Positions 28,928 through 39,155 of a stretch of DNA of 64,000 nucleotides are shown here, in pieces; the stretch's first letter is position 1, and every line of letters starts with the position of its first letter. The position numbers and the translations under genes are program-made. Origin of the DNA: an uncultured archaeon (GTDB taxonomy: Archaea > Asgardarchaeota > Thorarchaeia > Thorarchaeales > Thorarchaeaceae); NCBI GenBank assembly GCA_964610875.1, contig CAZSWP010000002.1:1-64000 (forward strand). Direction: 5' to 3'. Under the pieces are notes generated by a model. It saw nothing but the letters and a program-made list of their open reading frames with translations. It had not been told where the DNA came from and did no database searches.

Positions 28928-29941
28928 GTGCACAATATGGACTTTGAAGAAACACTGACACAGCTTGGATTCCAAATGGGAGAGGAGAAGCACTCCAGGG
29001 CGATAATGGTCCTTCGCGCAGCACTTAATGCTGCAAATCGATTGAAGGAACCTATTAGTTTTGGAAATATTTATGACCAAGTGCATGAGGAAAATCCTGA
29101 CTTTCAACCAACAAAGACATGGGTGCATCGAATTCTAAAGGGATTAGTTGATGATGACTTTATTCGAGTAGAAGATCCAGATGCTTCAAGAAAACGGTAT
29201 ATCACCAATGTTGGAACTGTAGCCTCAGGTATAGAGCAATTAAAGATGGCTATGGATGAAAGACTCCAACAAGAGAAAGAGAGAATTGATGAGCAACTTG
29301 ATTGGCTTAAAATAATTGATTGTGGAAATCTGGCTGAGAAACTGGTATTTGACCTAACTGGCGAGAAGCAGGTGATGCATTCACGAGTCATCAAAGGTGT
29401 GGAAGAACTTCATAGAGTTCTCCTGAATAATATCCATGGTCATTCTGTGAAAGGAGATACACTGAGAGAAACGATGATGTTTCTTGGACCTTTTGTCTAT
29501 AGCGCCAGCGAGCGTCTTGAGAATGATATTGATGCATCAAAACGAGGTGTTGATGTCAGATGGTTAGTGAGTTTCGATGTCCTTCGAACTTCATTTGACA
29601 TCTATTCAAATCTCCCAATTGAATCTTTTAGACAGATTGTATTTCACTTGAGAGAACTATATGAGGATGATGATATCAAATTTGATGTTCGGTTATACAA
29701 AGGTCCCCAGACATATAATCATGTGGCCTTGAATGATCAAAGAATGACATTGATTATTACTGAAAATCCAATGACAGCAACATATATGATTCGTGATTTC
29801 AACGCAGAATTAATTGATGATGTGATTAAACACTTTGACAAGAATTGGGAAGAAGCAATTTCGCTTTTCGAGCTAAAAGCAACGGACTTAAAGAAACTCA
29901 ATGTGCCCAAAGATAGTATTCTAGGCTTTGTATTAACGTGA
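28928..29941 (+). CDS. TrmB-like transcriptional regulator 1
   Basis: wHTH (PTKTWVHRILKGL), coiled coil, effector domain (KRGVDVRWL...FDKNWEEA). Confidence 0.75.
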   Translation: MHNMDFEETLTQLGFQMGEEKHSRAIMVLRAALNAANRLKEPISFGNIYDQVHEENPDFQPTKTWVHRILKGLVDDDFIRVEDPDASRKRYITNVGTVASGIEQLKMAMDERLQQEKERIDEQLDWLKIIDCGNLAEKLVFDLTGEKQVMHSRVIKGVEELHRVLLNNIHGHSVKGDTLRETMMFLGPFVYSASERLENDIDASKRGVDVRWLVSFDVLRTSFDIYSNLPIESFRQIVFHLRELYEDDDIKFDVRLYKGPQTYNHVALNDQRMTLIITENPMTATYMIRDFNAELIDDVIKHFDKNWEEAISLFELKATDLKKLNVPKDSILGFVLT

Positions 29942-29977
29942 TGAGAACCGCAATAACGAGATGAAAAGCGAACATTA

Positions 29978-31102
29978 ATGAAGCAAAAATCTAAGCAGAA
30001 AGATACATCAGATTCGAAAAGGATTCGAACTGGTGAGAGGGGAAAAAATATCATACTAGATAAAGATAACATAAGAGACCTAGAGCTTCTTGATATACGA
30101 GTTGGCGGAAATAAAGAATCTATTGAATTAAGTCTTTTGCGGGCAATTCTTGAATTACAAAATAAGAATGTAGGATCACCAATCTCATTTACAGAGATCC
30201 ATGAAGGAATTAAGTTTTTGATGCCCGGCAAAACTCCTTCTCGAACCTGGGTTCATAGACATCTGAAAGAACTTGTTGATATGAAGTTCATTAATGTGGA
30301 AGGCACAACTAGAAGAAAATATGGATGTGATCTTCACAGTATTATCAATGGACTTGCTGAATTAAGAGAGAGAAATATCGATGAAATTCAACGAGAAATT
30401 AATGAACTAAAAGGTCGTAAGGAAGAAATGATAGATATCGAGATTCTTCCCCTCGCTGAAAATTTGTTCCAATTTATCACTGGGATAAAGAAGTCTCCAA
30501 CCTCCAGATTTCTAAAAGGTCTTGATGATTTTCACCGAGTCACCAATGATACAATCTATAATATTGCACAAGAAGGAGATATAATTCGAACTGCAATCAT
30601 GAACATTGCACCATATCTTACTGATGATATTGTTAGCCGTATGGTAAGACTATTTGATGTTGCTAAAAGAGGTGTTGAAGTACGTTATATGATTCCTCCA
30701 GAATCACTCACAGCAGACTCATTGTTGAAGGACGGAGTCCCACAACAATGGCTTTTACAGGCAATTAAAGAGATTAAAGAAATCGACTCGTTAAAAGTAC
30801 GGGTTATGACAGGAGAAACAAAATCCTACCCATTTGTAAGCTTGAATGATTCAACAATGTCCTTTTTTGTATCGGATGACCCCATCACTGCCGCTTGGGT
30901 GACGAGGGAATTTAATCCAGTTTTGATCGATGATGCCTTGACCAACTTTGATGAGGAGTGGAATAAAGCAGTAAACCTTCTCGAAATGAGTGAACAGTTC
31001 CTGGAAAGATTTGGCTCATCAACCAAACATTATCTTCCCTCCCTTGTTGAGAAGACCACCACAGAAGAAACGTCAAGCAAGGAAGATGAGGTAGATGTAT
31101 GA
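29978..31102 (+). CDS. TrmB-like transcriptional regulator 2
   Basis: PSRTWVHRHLKEL, coiled coil, KRGVEVRYM...FDEEWNKA. Confidence 0.75.
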   Translation: MKQKSKQKDTSDSKRIRTGERGKNIILDKDNIRDLELLDIRVGGNKESIELSLLRAILELQNKNVGSPISFTEIHEGIKFLMPGKTPSRTWVHRHLKELVDMKFINVEGTTRRKYGCDLHSIINGLAELRERNIDEIQREINELKGRKEEMIDIEILPLAENLFQFITGIKKSPTSRFLKGLDDFHRVTNDTIYNIAQEGDIIRTAIMNIAPYLTDDIVSRMVRLFDVAKRGVEVRYMIPPESLTADSLLKDGVPQQWLLQAIKEIKEIDSLKVRVMTGETKSYPFVSLNDSTMSFFVSDDPITAAWVTREFNPVLIDDALTNFDEEWNKAVNLLEMSEQFLERFGSSTKHYLPSLVEKTTTEETSSKEDEVDV

Positions 31103-32028
31103 AGAGTGAGGGTCCAAAGGATATTCTAGAGCAGTTCGGTTTTGATTTGAATGAGGGGCGCTTTAAAATTCTGGAAGCAATAATGGATACCCAAGCACGT
31201 AAAAAAAAGCCTGTAGAGTTTGACGATATCTATAGTCATCTAAATAACCCTGTTCTGGATAAACGAATGTCAAAGCCGCAAATATACAAATACATAACAG
31301 AGCTTGAAAATGATGGTTTAATTAGAATAAACAGAGCCACTTACAGAAACCAGTATTATACAAATGAAGACACAATATTCGATGCGGTTGAAAGACTTCG
31401 ACTGAGGAAAATTGCAGAAATTCAGACTGAAAAACGCAATCTGGAAGAAACACTTTCGACCCTCAGGAAGATTGTTACAGGCAGACTGGCAAATGATCTT
31501 GTAGAGCACATTGCTGGAAAGAAACGTGTGAGCAAACCAAGGTCAGCTCAAGGGTATGACCAAATCCATCGTCTCATCGATACTGAAATATATGAGAATG
31601 CGGTTGTTGGTGAAACTATAAGACTGACTCTCGATTGGGTAAAGGTGACACCTTCAAAGGAAGACGAACGTGCTGAATTAGTCAAGAGAATATTGAAGCA
31701 AGGATTAGGAGTCCATGTACTCATCAGACGTTCTATTGCAATCAATGGTGGCATTGCAGAAAGACGATTCAAAGAATATATGGAGTGGAAAGAAAAGTAC
31801 TATGTCAAGTTTCGTATATCAAACCGATCTAATAGGTCATACCAAGGAGTTTTCCATAATAAACTTGGAATTGTTCTCGTCATATCAGAGAAGCCATTGA
31901 CTGGGGTATGGGTACCTCTAGATGCTAATGTCCAACTTGTACAGGATGCAGTCACAAAATTTGATGAGGAATTTCAAAACGCAGTAGACATCATAGAGTA
32001 TATCAAACTGCGAGGTGGAGATGCTTGA
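31099..32028 (+). CDS. TrmB-like transcriptional regulator 3
   Basis: SKPQIYKYITELENDGLI, coiled coil, KQGLGVHVL...FDEEFQNA; 4-nt overlap with the previous gene. Confidence 0.72.
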   Translation: MKSEGPKDILEQFGFDLNEGRFKILEAIMDTQARKKKPVEFDDIYSHLNNPVLDKRMSKPQIYKYITELENDGLIRINRATYRNQYYTNEDTIFDAVERLRLRKIAEIQTEKRNLEETLSTLRKIVTGRLANDLVEHIAGKKRVSKPRSAQGYDQIHRLIDTEIYENAVVGETIRLTLDWVKVTPSKEDERAELVKRILKQGLGVHVLIRRSIAINGGIAERRFKEYMEWKEKYYVKFRISNRSNRSYQGVFHNKLGIVLVISEKPLTGVWVPLDANVQLVQDAVTKFDEEFQNAVDIIEYIKLRGGDA

Positions 32029-33002
32029 TTCGTAATAGTGTGGTGGAGCAACTTGAACTAATGGGAGTCACACTAACAGATAGTGAATTCCAAATCATTC
32101 AAGCAATGATTGACCTAGGTTTTCAAGGTCAAAGAGAAGTGACGTATTCCGGGATTAGAAAATACTTGGAGAAACAATTCAAAGATGTGCCCAGCAAACA
32201 ATGGTTATACAAATGCCTCAACAACTTAGTTGAGGCAGACTTCATTGAGATTGAGCCTATACCTAGACCTGCAAAATATAGAACTTCAGTAGATAAGATA
32301 ATGGAGGGACTGGATAAAGCTCGTTTGCTTAGGACTCGCGAGATAGAACAGGAGATTGAAGCACTTGAAAAAGAAATTGCTGCTGTGAGAGATGTAAGCC
32401 TCCACCAGTTAAGTAGATATATTCAGGAGGAACTAGGCGGAAAAGAAACACAGACCTTAGTCACAGTTGTAGAGGGAGTTAGCAACGTCAGGAAGTCATT
32501 CATATCAGAATTATGTACGGATATAAAGGATGAGTCAGTTCTAAGCATATCAAACAATGTGCCCTTGATCGACATAGAGAATATAGAAACTGGAACGATT
32601 GAGAGTGAGTTGTTAGAAGCAGCGAAACAAGGACTAACAATTAGAATTCTTTCATCCGTTGACAGATTAAAGATAATGGGACAATCAGAAGAAACTATGA
32701 ATTTCATCCGAAAAAATCTGAAGGTTGTTCTTACTCTCATGGAAAAAGGCCGTGTTGCCTTAAGGCAAACACATCTACAGCAATCAACATACAGAGTGGC
32801 TTGCTTTAAAGACGGATACGATCCAGACTTAGATAGAATAATGCTCTTTTTGACAGATAACCCCGGGCCTGATACTGTAGCAATAATATATCGGAAAAAG
32901 AATCCCAAACTAATAGAGAATGCATTCGCATCCTTCGAGAAGGCATGGGAAGAATCTCAGGATATAAGTAATCTTGTAAAGAAGATGTGCGAAGACCTTT
33001 AG
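32025..33002 (+). CDS. TrmB-like transcriptional regulator 4
   Basis: PSKQWLYKCLNNL, coiled coil, KQGLTIRIL...FEKAWEES; 4-nt overlap with the previous gene. Confidence 0.72.
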   Translation: MIRNSVVEQLELMGVTLTDSEFQIIQAMIDLGFQGQREVTYSGIRKYLEKQFKDVPSKQWLYKCLNNLVEADFIEIEPIPRPAKYRTSVDKIMEGLDKARLLRTREIEQEIEALEKEIAAVRDVSLHQLSRYIQEELGGKETQTLVTVVEGVSNVRKSFISELCTDIKDESVLSISNNVPLIDIENIETGTIESELLEAAKQGLTIRILSSVDRLKIMGQSEETMNFIRKNLKVVLTLMEKGRVALRQTHLQQSTYRVACFKDGYDPDLDRIMLFLTDNPGPDTVAIIYRKKNPKLIENAFASFEKAWEESQDISNLVKKMCEDL

Positions 33003-34108
33003 ATGACCCAGTCTTTGGTCTTTGATAGTGTCAAGAGAATATCATCACATGTCGCTTGAAAGTCATCATAAAGTCCATACTCTCCACCCGCTGCATATGG
33101 ATGACCACCGCCATTGAAAAGCTTTGCAGCCTCATTACATAGAGCTGATTCATTACCACGCCTAAACCCGAGCATCCCCCCTTGGCCAACTGTTATCAGT
33201 AAATCTGCAACTTTAAGTGAGGTGCCATCGATTACGAGATTCTTGGGGTCTGCAAAAAAGGTTCCAATATCCGTAGTAGTGACACCACCAGGCATTTCCA
33301 CAATACGAACAAGTCTATCGTGTATTATCGAATCACAATGACCTGCAAGAGCTTTGCGCATTTTTCTGTTCTTTTCTTTCTGATAAGCTTCAACTTTTTG
33401 GTGTAACATTGTGTTCTTTAATCTTGCAGAGGACTCATCCCAAACACCAGAAATGCCTTCTTCAGCTAGAGGTTTCATGAGTTGCATAAGACTATCTGTA
33501 ATGTCTTCGCGTTTGTCAAGAGCTCGAAATCTTATGACAGATAAAGCATCAGTCAGTGCATTTGCACTGGGAATCTCTCTAAGATTGAAATCCGTATCAT
33601 GAGCAATTCGAGCAAGTTCCTCACTGATCCCATCACGTGGCATGAGCACTTTGTGCGCAATTTCAGCTGCACAAAAGTCATGATTCACTCTTAGAACGGG
33701 ATTATTACCAAGAGATTTAACAGCTCTGACAGCTCGTTTAGACCATTGGTGATGATCGAGCCAGACAACTCTACACCCCTGTGAAACTGCACGTGAAAGA
33801 TTATCGATCACCCTGTCTAGAACTGTCAAATCCATTCCAAGGTCAGTAATAATGATGAGGGTTGAACGAAGAACTCCAACCTTTGAAAAGACTTGTTCAA
33901 AAGAACCATAATCCGTAAGAATGACGCGATAATCTAGTCCTTTTGTCTTCGCATATCTCCAAACAATAGCAGCTGAGTTTAATCCATCAACATCTTTGTC
34001 GTGTGATATGGAAAAGACTGTATCAATCTTTTTCATCTTTTTATCAGTCTTCGAACTCATCTTCTCGTCGTATATCGGATAGATGCAACCCTTTTCATTT
34101 TTACTCAT
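32999..34108 (-). CDS. DHH/DHHA1 family phosphoesterase
   Basis: HDKDVDG, ITDLG, WLDHH, GGGHPYAAG. Confidence 0.85.
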   Translation of the reverse strand: MSKNEKGCIYPIYDEKMSSKTDKKMKKIDTVFSISHDKDVDGLNSAAIVWRYAKTKGLDYRVILTDYGSFEQVFSKVGVLRSTLIIITDLGMDLTVLDRVIDNLSRAVSQGCRVVWLDHHQWSKRAVRAVKSLGNNPVLRVNHDFCAAEIAHKVLMPRDGISEELARIAHDTDFNLREIPSANALTDALSVIRFRALDKREDITDSLMQLMKPLAEEGISGVWDESSARLKNTMLHQKVEAYQKEKNRKMRKALAGHCDSIIHDRLVRIVEMPGGVTTTDIGTFFADPKNLVIDGTSLKVADLLITVGQGGMLGFRRGNESALCNEAAKLFNGGGHPYAAGGEYGLYDDFQATCDDILLTLSKTKDWVI

Positions 34109-34167
34109 ATGACATGACTCGAAAGGGTTTTCATGTACAAGTAATGCTTAGAAAGTGGATGGTCTGA

Positions 34168-36033
34168 ATGAAAAGGCGAGTTCTTAGCGGGAATGAAGCA
34201 TTTGTCAGAGGTGCGCTCGAAGCAGGGATTGGATTCTGTGCTTCATACCCTGGCACACCTGCAACAGAGATTGCAGCAAATCTCATGGCTGTATCAAAGG
34301 AACATCAGCTATATGTTGAATGGAGTGTGAATGAGAAAGTCGCATTGGAAGCATGCGCTGGTGCAAGCTGGATGGGCGTGCCTGCATTATGTTCGATGAA
34401 ATCACTAGGTCTGAATGTTGCAGCTGATTTCTTACTGAACCTGAACCTGTCAGGAAGTGGTCCAGGAGGGTTGATTCTAATTGTGAGTGATGATCCCCAT
34501 GGACATAGTTCTAGCAATGAACAGGACTCAAGATTCTATGCTAGGGAATCATATCTTCCACTTCTAGAACCATCAGATTTCCAGATGGCAAAGGATATCA
34601 TTCCAATAGCCCTTGAAACCTCACGAAAACATGAGATACCTGTTATAATCAGAAGCACAACTCGATTGAGTCATTCCCGTGGTCTTGTCGAGCTAGGACA
34701 GATTCCAGAGAGGTTTTGGAGTCTTTCCAAGGAATTCCCTGACAATCTGTTCAATATACCTGCACCACATTTGAAGCACAAAGACCTCCTTGATAAACTA
34801 GAGGTGGTTCAAGATCAGTTCATGCATCTGGAACATAATACTCTTCCAGAGAAAAATAAAGATGGACTACTTGTATTGACCACAGGTATTTGTAGTTCAT
34901 ATAGCCGTGAAGCTTTAGATATTATAGGATTTGACAAGAGATTCAATTTTGACCTAATTACAACCAACCCAATCCCAAAACAACTAGTGTCCAAGATGTT
35001 TCAGGATTTTGAAAAAATATTAGTTGTAGAAGAAGTTGACCCATTTGTAGAAGATATCTTACGAGTAATGGCATCACTTTCAGATCAAACTCCCAAAATT
35101 TATGGGAAAAGGACTGGTCACATCCCATCCTATGGGGAATTGAATACGGATATTGTTATCGATGCCCTATCAAAAATTGCTCATGTACAGTATGAGCAAC
35201 GCTCTCACAAACTGCGAAACCCTATAGAATCTGCATCAGATTTACTTGTAGCAAGACCTCTTGCTTTCTGTCCTGGATGTACTCACCGAAATTTCTACTG
35301 GGCTATTCAAAAAGTAAGAAGACGTCTTGGCGGCAAGTTGATAGTTTCTGGAGATATTGGATGTTACTCACTTGGCATATTCTATAACAGGTCAATGAAT
35401 TCAATGCATGCTATGGGCTCAGGGATTGGAGCTGCGAACGGGCTTGGACAGCTACATCGCTGGGGGCAGGATTCAAAAATTGTTGCAGTGGCAGGAGATT
35501 CCACATTCTTTCATGGGTGCTTGCCAGGACTAGTCAATGCCAGACATCACAATACAGACCTGACATTTGTCATATTGGATAACAGAACAACTGCAATGAC
35601 CGGGTTTCAGCCGCATCCAGGTTCATATACTGAAGAAGAAACGAAGAAGGATGTGAGCATAGAAAAGATGGTTGCTGCGGTCGAGCCGGATTTTTTGGAT
35701 CGCATCGACAGTGAAGATATTGACACCCTGATAGATAGATTACATAGTACGGTGAATAAGAAAGGACTCAAAGTGTTAATTGTGGAAAGCGTATGCAGAC
35801 TTGAGGAGAAAAAGAGAACAAAAGGACGGCAAAACTACTCTGTGGTAGAGATTGATTATTCAAAGTGCCTAGGAGAAGATTGCAGAATCTGTGTCCGTGA
35901 TTTTGGATGTACTGCAATGAGCTGGAACAATACAAAACAAGTACCAGAGATAGTAGAGGACATGTGCATAAGATGTGGTTCTTGTATTCCAATCTGCCCT
36001 CATGGTGCAATTGGAGGTGTTGAGAATGACTGA
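34168..36033 (+). CDS. iorA: Indolepyruvate:ferredoxin oxidoreductase alpha subunit
   Basis: SGNEA, YPGTP, VNEKVA, SSNEQDSR, FCPGCTHR, GDIGCY, GDSTFFH, TAMTGFQ, C-terminal ferredoxin. Confidence 0.92.
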   Translation: MKRRVLSGNEAFVRGALEAGIGFCASYPGTPATEIAANLMAVSKEHQLYVEWSVNEKVALEACAGASWMGVPALCSMKSLGLNVAADFLLNLNLSGSGPGGLILIVSDDPHGHSSSNEQDSRFYARESYLPLLEPSDFQMAKDIIPIALETSRKHEIPVIIRSTTRLSHSRGLVELGQIPERFWSLSKEFPDNLFNIPAPHLKHKDLLDKLEVVQDQFMHLEHNTLPEKNKDGLLVLTTGICSSYSREALDIIGFDKRFNFDLITTNPIPKQLVSKMFQDFEKILVVEEVDPFVEDILRVMASLSDQTPKIYGKRTGHIPSYGELNTDIVIDALSKIAHVQYEQRSHKLRNPIESASDLLVARPLAFCPGCTHRNFYWAIQKVRRRLGGKLIVSGDIGCYSLGIFYNRSMNSMHAMGSGIGAANGLGQLHRWGQDSKIVAVAGDSTFFHGCLPGLVNARHHNTDLTFVILDNRTTAMTGFQPHPGSYTEEETKKDVSIEKMVAAVEPDFLDRIDSEDIDTLIDRLHSTVNKKGLKVLIVESVCRLEEKKRTKGRQNYSVVEIDYSKCLGEDCRICVRDFGCTAMSWNNTKQVPEIVEDMCIRCGSCIPICPHGAIGGVEND

Positions 36034-36619
36034 TACATTTAGTATTCTCGTTGCAGGAGTTGGGGGACAAGGTAACCTAGTTGTCGGTCAAGTGTTATCA
36101 GAAGCAGCAGCTACACAGGGATTGCAGCCAGTTGTAGGACAGACATTCGGGGCATCTCGTAGAGGGGGTACGGTATTCACGCACATAAGAATTGCAGACT
36201 ATGTTGTAGGCCCCATGATACCAGTAGGTCACGTTGATTGTGTGATTGGCCTAGAACCGTTAGAAACACTACGAGCAGTCGTTCAATATTGTGGAAAAGA
36301 AACAACTGTAATTATGAGTACTAAGAAGGTAGAAACTATCCTGACCATGGCAGGGGCAGACACCTATCCTGAAATCTCAGCGATATCCAAAAATATAGAG
36401 ATGCTATGCAATAGATTGCTATTACCTGATATCAGTAAACTTGATGATATCTCTGGAGCAAGTAGAATGTTGAACACCTTCATGCTAGGAGTCTTTGCAG
36501 GACTAGAGTTAGGGCATTTTTCAGTCAATTCGATTAGACAAGGAATTATATCAGTTCTGGGAGCTGATGAAACCAATTCAGCAGCATTCAATGCAGGAGT
36601 AGATAGAGTAAGGGATTAG
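36026..36619 (+). CDS. iorB: Indolepyruvate:ferredoxin oxidoreductase beta subunit
   Basis: GVGGQG, FGASRRGG, LEPLE, LNTFMLG; ATG overlaps the iorA end. Confidence 0.88.
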   Translation: MTDTFSILVAGVGGQGNLVVGQVLSEAAATQGLQPVVGQTFGASRRGGTVFTHIRIADYVVGPMIPVGHVDCVIGLEPLETLRAVVQYCGKETTVIMSTKKVETILTMAGADTYPEISAISKNIEMLCNRLLLPDISKLDDISGASRMLNTFMLGVFAGLELGHFSVNSIRQGIISVLGADETNSAAFNAGVDRVRD

Positions 36620-36626
36620 GTTCTTT

Positions 36627-38996
36627 TCACTGGTTCCCCTTTTTCTTGGCTTCGGCTGCTGCCCGAGCATCTCTCCACATCAGGTCGGAAAGAACTGTGA
36701 ACATGTCAGTAACACCTTCACCAGTTTTAGCAGATGATTCCATGTACAGAAATCCATTCTTTTCAGCCCAATCCAATGCTTCTTCAGCTGGAACAGCCCT
36801 GTCTGGCAGGTCTATCTTATTGCCAACACAGATCATGGGAACTCGAGTACCAATTGACTCGTCTGCTTCCTGCACCCATTTCTCTAGTTCTGTGAACGAC
36901 CGACGTCGTGTGACGTCAAAGACAAGGATGACTCCTGCTGCACCACTATAGTACATCTTGCGCACTGCTTGGAATCTTGCTTGGCCTGCAACGTCCCACG
37001 CCTGTAGTTTTATCCCGATTGCATATTCGCTCTCAGTCGGACTGATGTATGTGAGCTTGACGGCGAACTGACTCCCAATCGTTGTTTTATAATCCTGTTC
37101 GAATGCACCGGTTGTATAGCGATTCACAAGCGCTGTTTTTCCAACTGCACCTTCACCGATTATCATGACCTTGAACAGGTAACTATAGGAATCTATATCA
37201 TCACCAGGGCGAGTTGGTTTTCTGGGTCGATTTCGGATCTCAGCGACTTTAGTACTCTCAACTGCTTCTCCCTCAGGAGCCACTTCTGGTTCAGGAGTCA
37301 CAACAGTTTCAGTTGTATCCATTGTTTCACTACTCATCATATCTGCTGGGGAATCCACTAACACCGATTCAGGACCTTCTGATGCTTCTCCGAATAATTG
37401 GTCTAGAAGCGCTTCAGCTGCCTTTAGTGACTCTTCACTCCCGCTTGATGTCTTTATTCTTGGAAGCCCAGCTGTCACTTTATCCTCTTCAGGTATTGAC
37501 CCAAAACCAGTATCAGAAACCGCTTCAAATTTGTCTTCTGCTTCTATTACTACAGGTTCAGCGTGCTTTGTAGGTGTAGTATCCCTGAGTGTGACCGGTG
37601 CACTAGCAGCAGGTGCTGCTTCTGCCATGTCTTGGTCGATCAATAGTGCGGTTTCAGGTGTTGTGACTTGTTTTACCTTCCCTTCTTCATCAGTCCACAT
37701 CAAAACTATTGGCCGGATAATCACCGTGCCCTGTGATTGTGGATTGAGATGCATGTCAATGTAAGCTGTTTCATTGGGTTGTATGTCCAGATTGATCTGA
37801 TTAGGTTCCACTTCGAGATTTGCTTTCGGAAACCAATAGACCTTTCCTTTGATGCCAGAGATAGACATGTCAGTGACATTGTAAACAGTGAGGCGACCCT
37901 TTAGTCCATCACCAGATTCAGAGGGTTTCAGTACTTCGAACTTTGGTATTATCTGGTAGAGCCCCTCAATTATTTTCAAAGGGGCATCAGATATACCGAC
38001 CATTACTTCTTTTCTATCATCCCCAGAAGCATCACCCACACTGATGGAGAGAATCTTCTTACCAATGTCAGCTTCGGCAATCTCATTCAATTCAGCCATG
38101 TATAAGTTGTAGAATCTGATTTTATAGTCTGAAGTGGCTACAACCACTTCATCCATGTGATCAGCGTTTAATTCAACAATTCTGACAGAGAGTGCATTTA
38201 CATTATCTAGTTTGGAGAAGAGGTCCAGTTTGCTCTCCTCATTTCGATATATTCTGATAGAGCCATCATGGGTCACTACACCAAGCTCCATCTTTCTGTC
38301 ACCTAGAATATCACCTGCAGCGATTGAAATCACTGGACTTGGTAGATTGAGCAGCTCGATCTGTTGCAAGGAACTGTTAGTCATTTTGAAAACACGTAAT
38401 GTCTTATCACGATTTCCAGTGACGATCTCATCGATTTCGTCACCAATCACATCACAAGTGCCGATTGCAATTGGCATGTCCTCAAGGATGTGTTTAGCAT
38501 ACTCCCTCAGGTTATTGTCCGGGTCCATTTTGAAAACCCGCAGCGAAGAGTCGCTACCTCCAATCATGATTTCATTCTTTCCGTCTCCAGTGACATCAGT
38601 GACAACTACAGTAGTAATGAATCGGTCTACAGGATACTCTGCAAGAAGTTCCAAGCTCCCACTTGGAGAATAGCGATACACAAGAAGTGTGCCTGCCTCA
38701 CCTACAATCTCACCGGGTCCAACACTGCGTCCTACGACTATCTCCATTTGGCCATCATTATTTGCATCAGCAATCTTGATTGAGAGAATTGCCCCACTCA
38801 CATCTTGTTGAGCCAGAAGACGGATTTCACTCTGGTTAGCATCGTAGAGTCGTATCACACCATCACGACCTCCAGTGCACAATTCTGTCAAAGATGAACC
38901 TGTAACATCACCTACTGCAATGGCGCTGGTGCTCAACTCATCATCGATTTCAAATAACACGCGGGGATTTCTCAATTTATGCAGCTCCCTAATCAA
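36627..38996 (-). CDS. FG-GAP-type 7-bladed beta-propeller + Ig-like domain + acidic linker + C-terminal Rab-like small GTPase fusion
   Basis: Seven xDxxxDxxxE(I/L/V)xxG repeats; G1 GEGAVGKT, G2 TTIG, G3 WDVAGQ, G4 NKID, G5 SAK. Confidence 0.88.
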   Translation of the reverse strand: MIRELHKLRNPRVLFEIDDELSTSAIAVGDVTGSSLTELCTGGRDGVIRLYDANQSEIRLLAQQDVSGAILSIKIADANNDGQMEIVVGRSVGPGEIVGEAGTLLVYRYSPSGSLELLAEYPVDRFITTVVVTDVTGDGKNEIMIGGSDSSLRVFKMDPDNNLREYAKHILEDMPIAIGTCDVIGDEIDEIVTGNRDKTLRVFKMTNSSLQQIELLNLPSPVISIAAGDILGDRKMELGVVTHDGSIRIYRNEESKLDLFSKLDNVNALSVRIVELNADHMDEVVVATSDYKIRFYNLYMAELNEIAEADIGKKILSISVGDASGDDRKEVMVGISDAPLKIIEGLYQIIPKFEVLKPSESGDGLKGRLTVYNVTDMSISGIKGKVYWFPKANLEVEPNQINLDIQPNETAYIDMHLNPQSQGTVIIRPIVLMWTDEEGKVKQVTTPETALLIDQDMAEAAPAASAPVTLRDTTPTKHAEPVVIEAEDKFEAVSDTGFGSIPEEDKVTAGLPRIKTSSGSEESLKAAEALLDQLFGEASEGPESVLVDSPADMMSSETMDTTETVVTPEPEVAPEGEAVESTKVAEIRNRPRKPTRPGDDIDSYSYLFKVMIIGEGAVGKTALVNRYTTGAFEQDYKTTIGSQFAVKLTYISPTESEYAIGIKLQAWDVAGQARFQAVRKMYYSGAAGVILVFDVTRRRSFTELEKWVQEADESIGTRVPMICVGNKIDLPDRAVPAEEALDWAEKNGFLYMESSAKTGEGVTDMFTVLSDLMWRDARAAAEAKKKGNQ

Positions 38997-39155
38997 GATG
39001 TGTCAGACTCTATTCGCCTTATAACTTTGAATACCAAGAGTCTCTACACATAACATATTCGAATTAGTGTAGTGCCTTTTTGTACTTTGCTTGTTCAGCT
39101 AAAACAGATAACAGCAATCCGCCAGATTATTAAACCCAAATCAATCTTGATTCAG

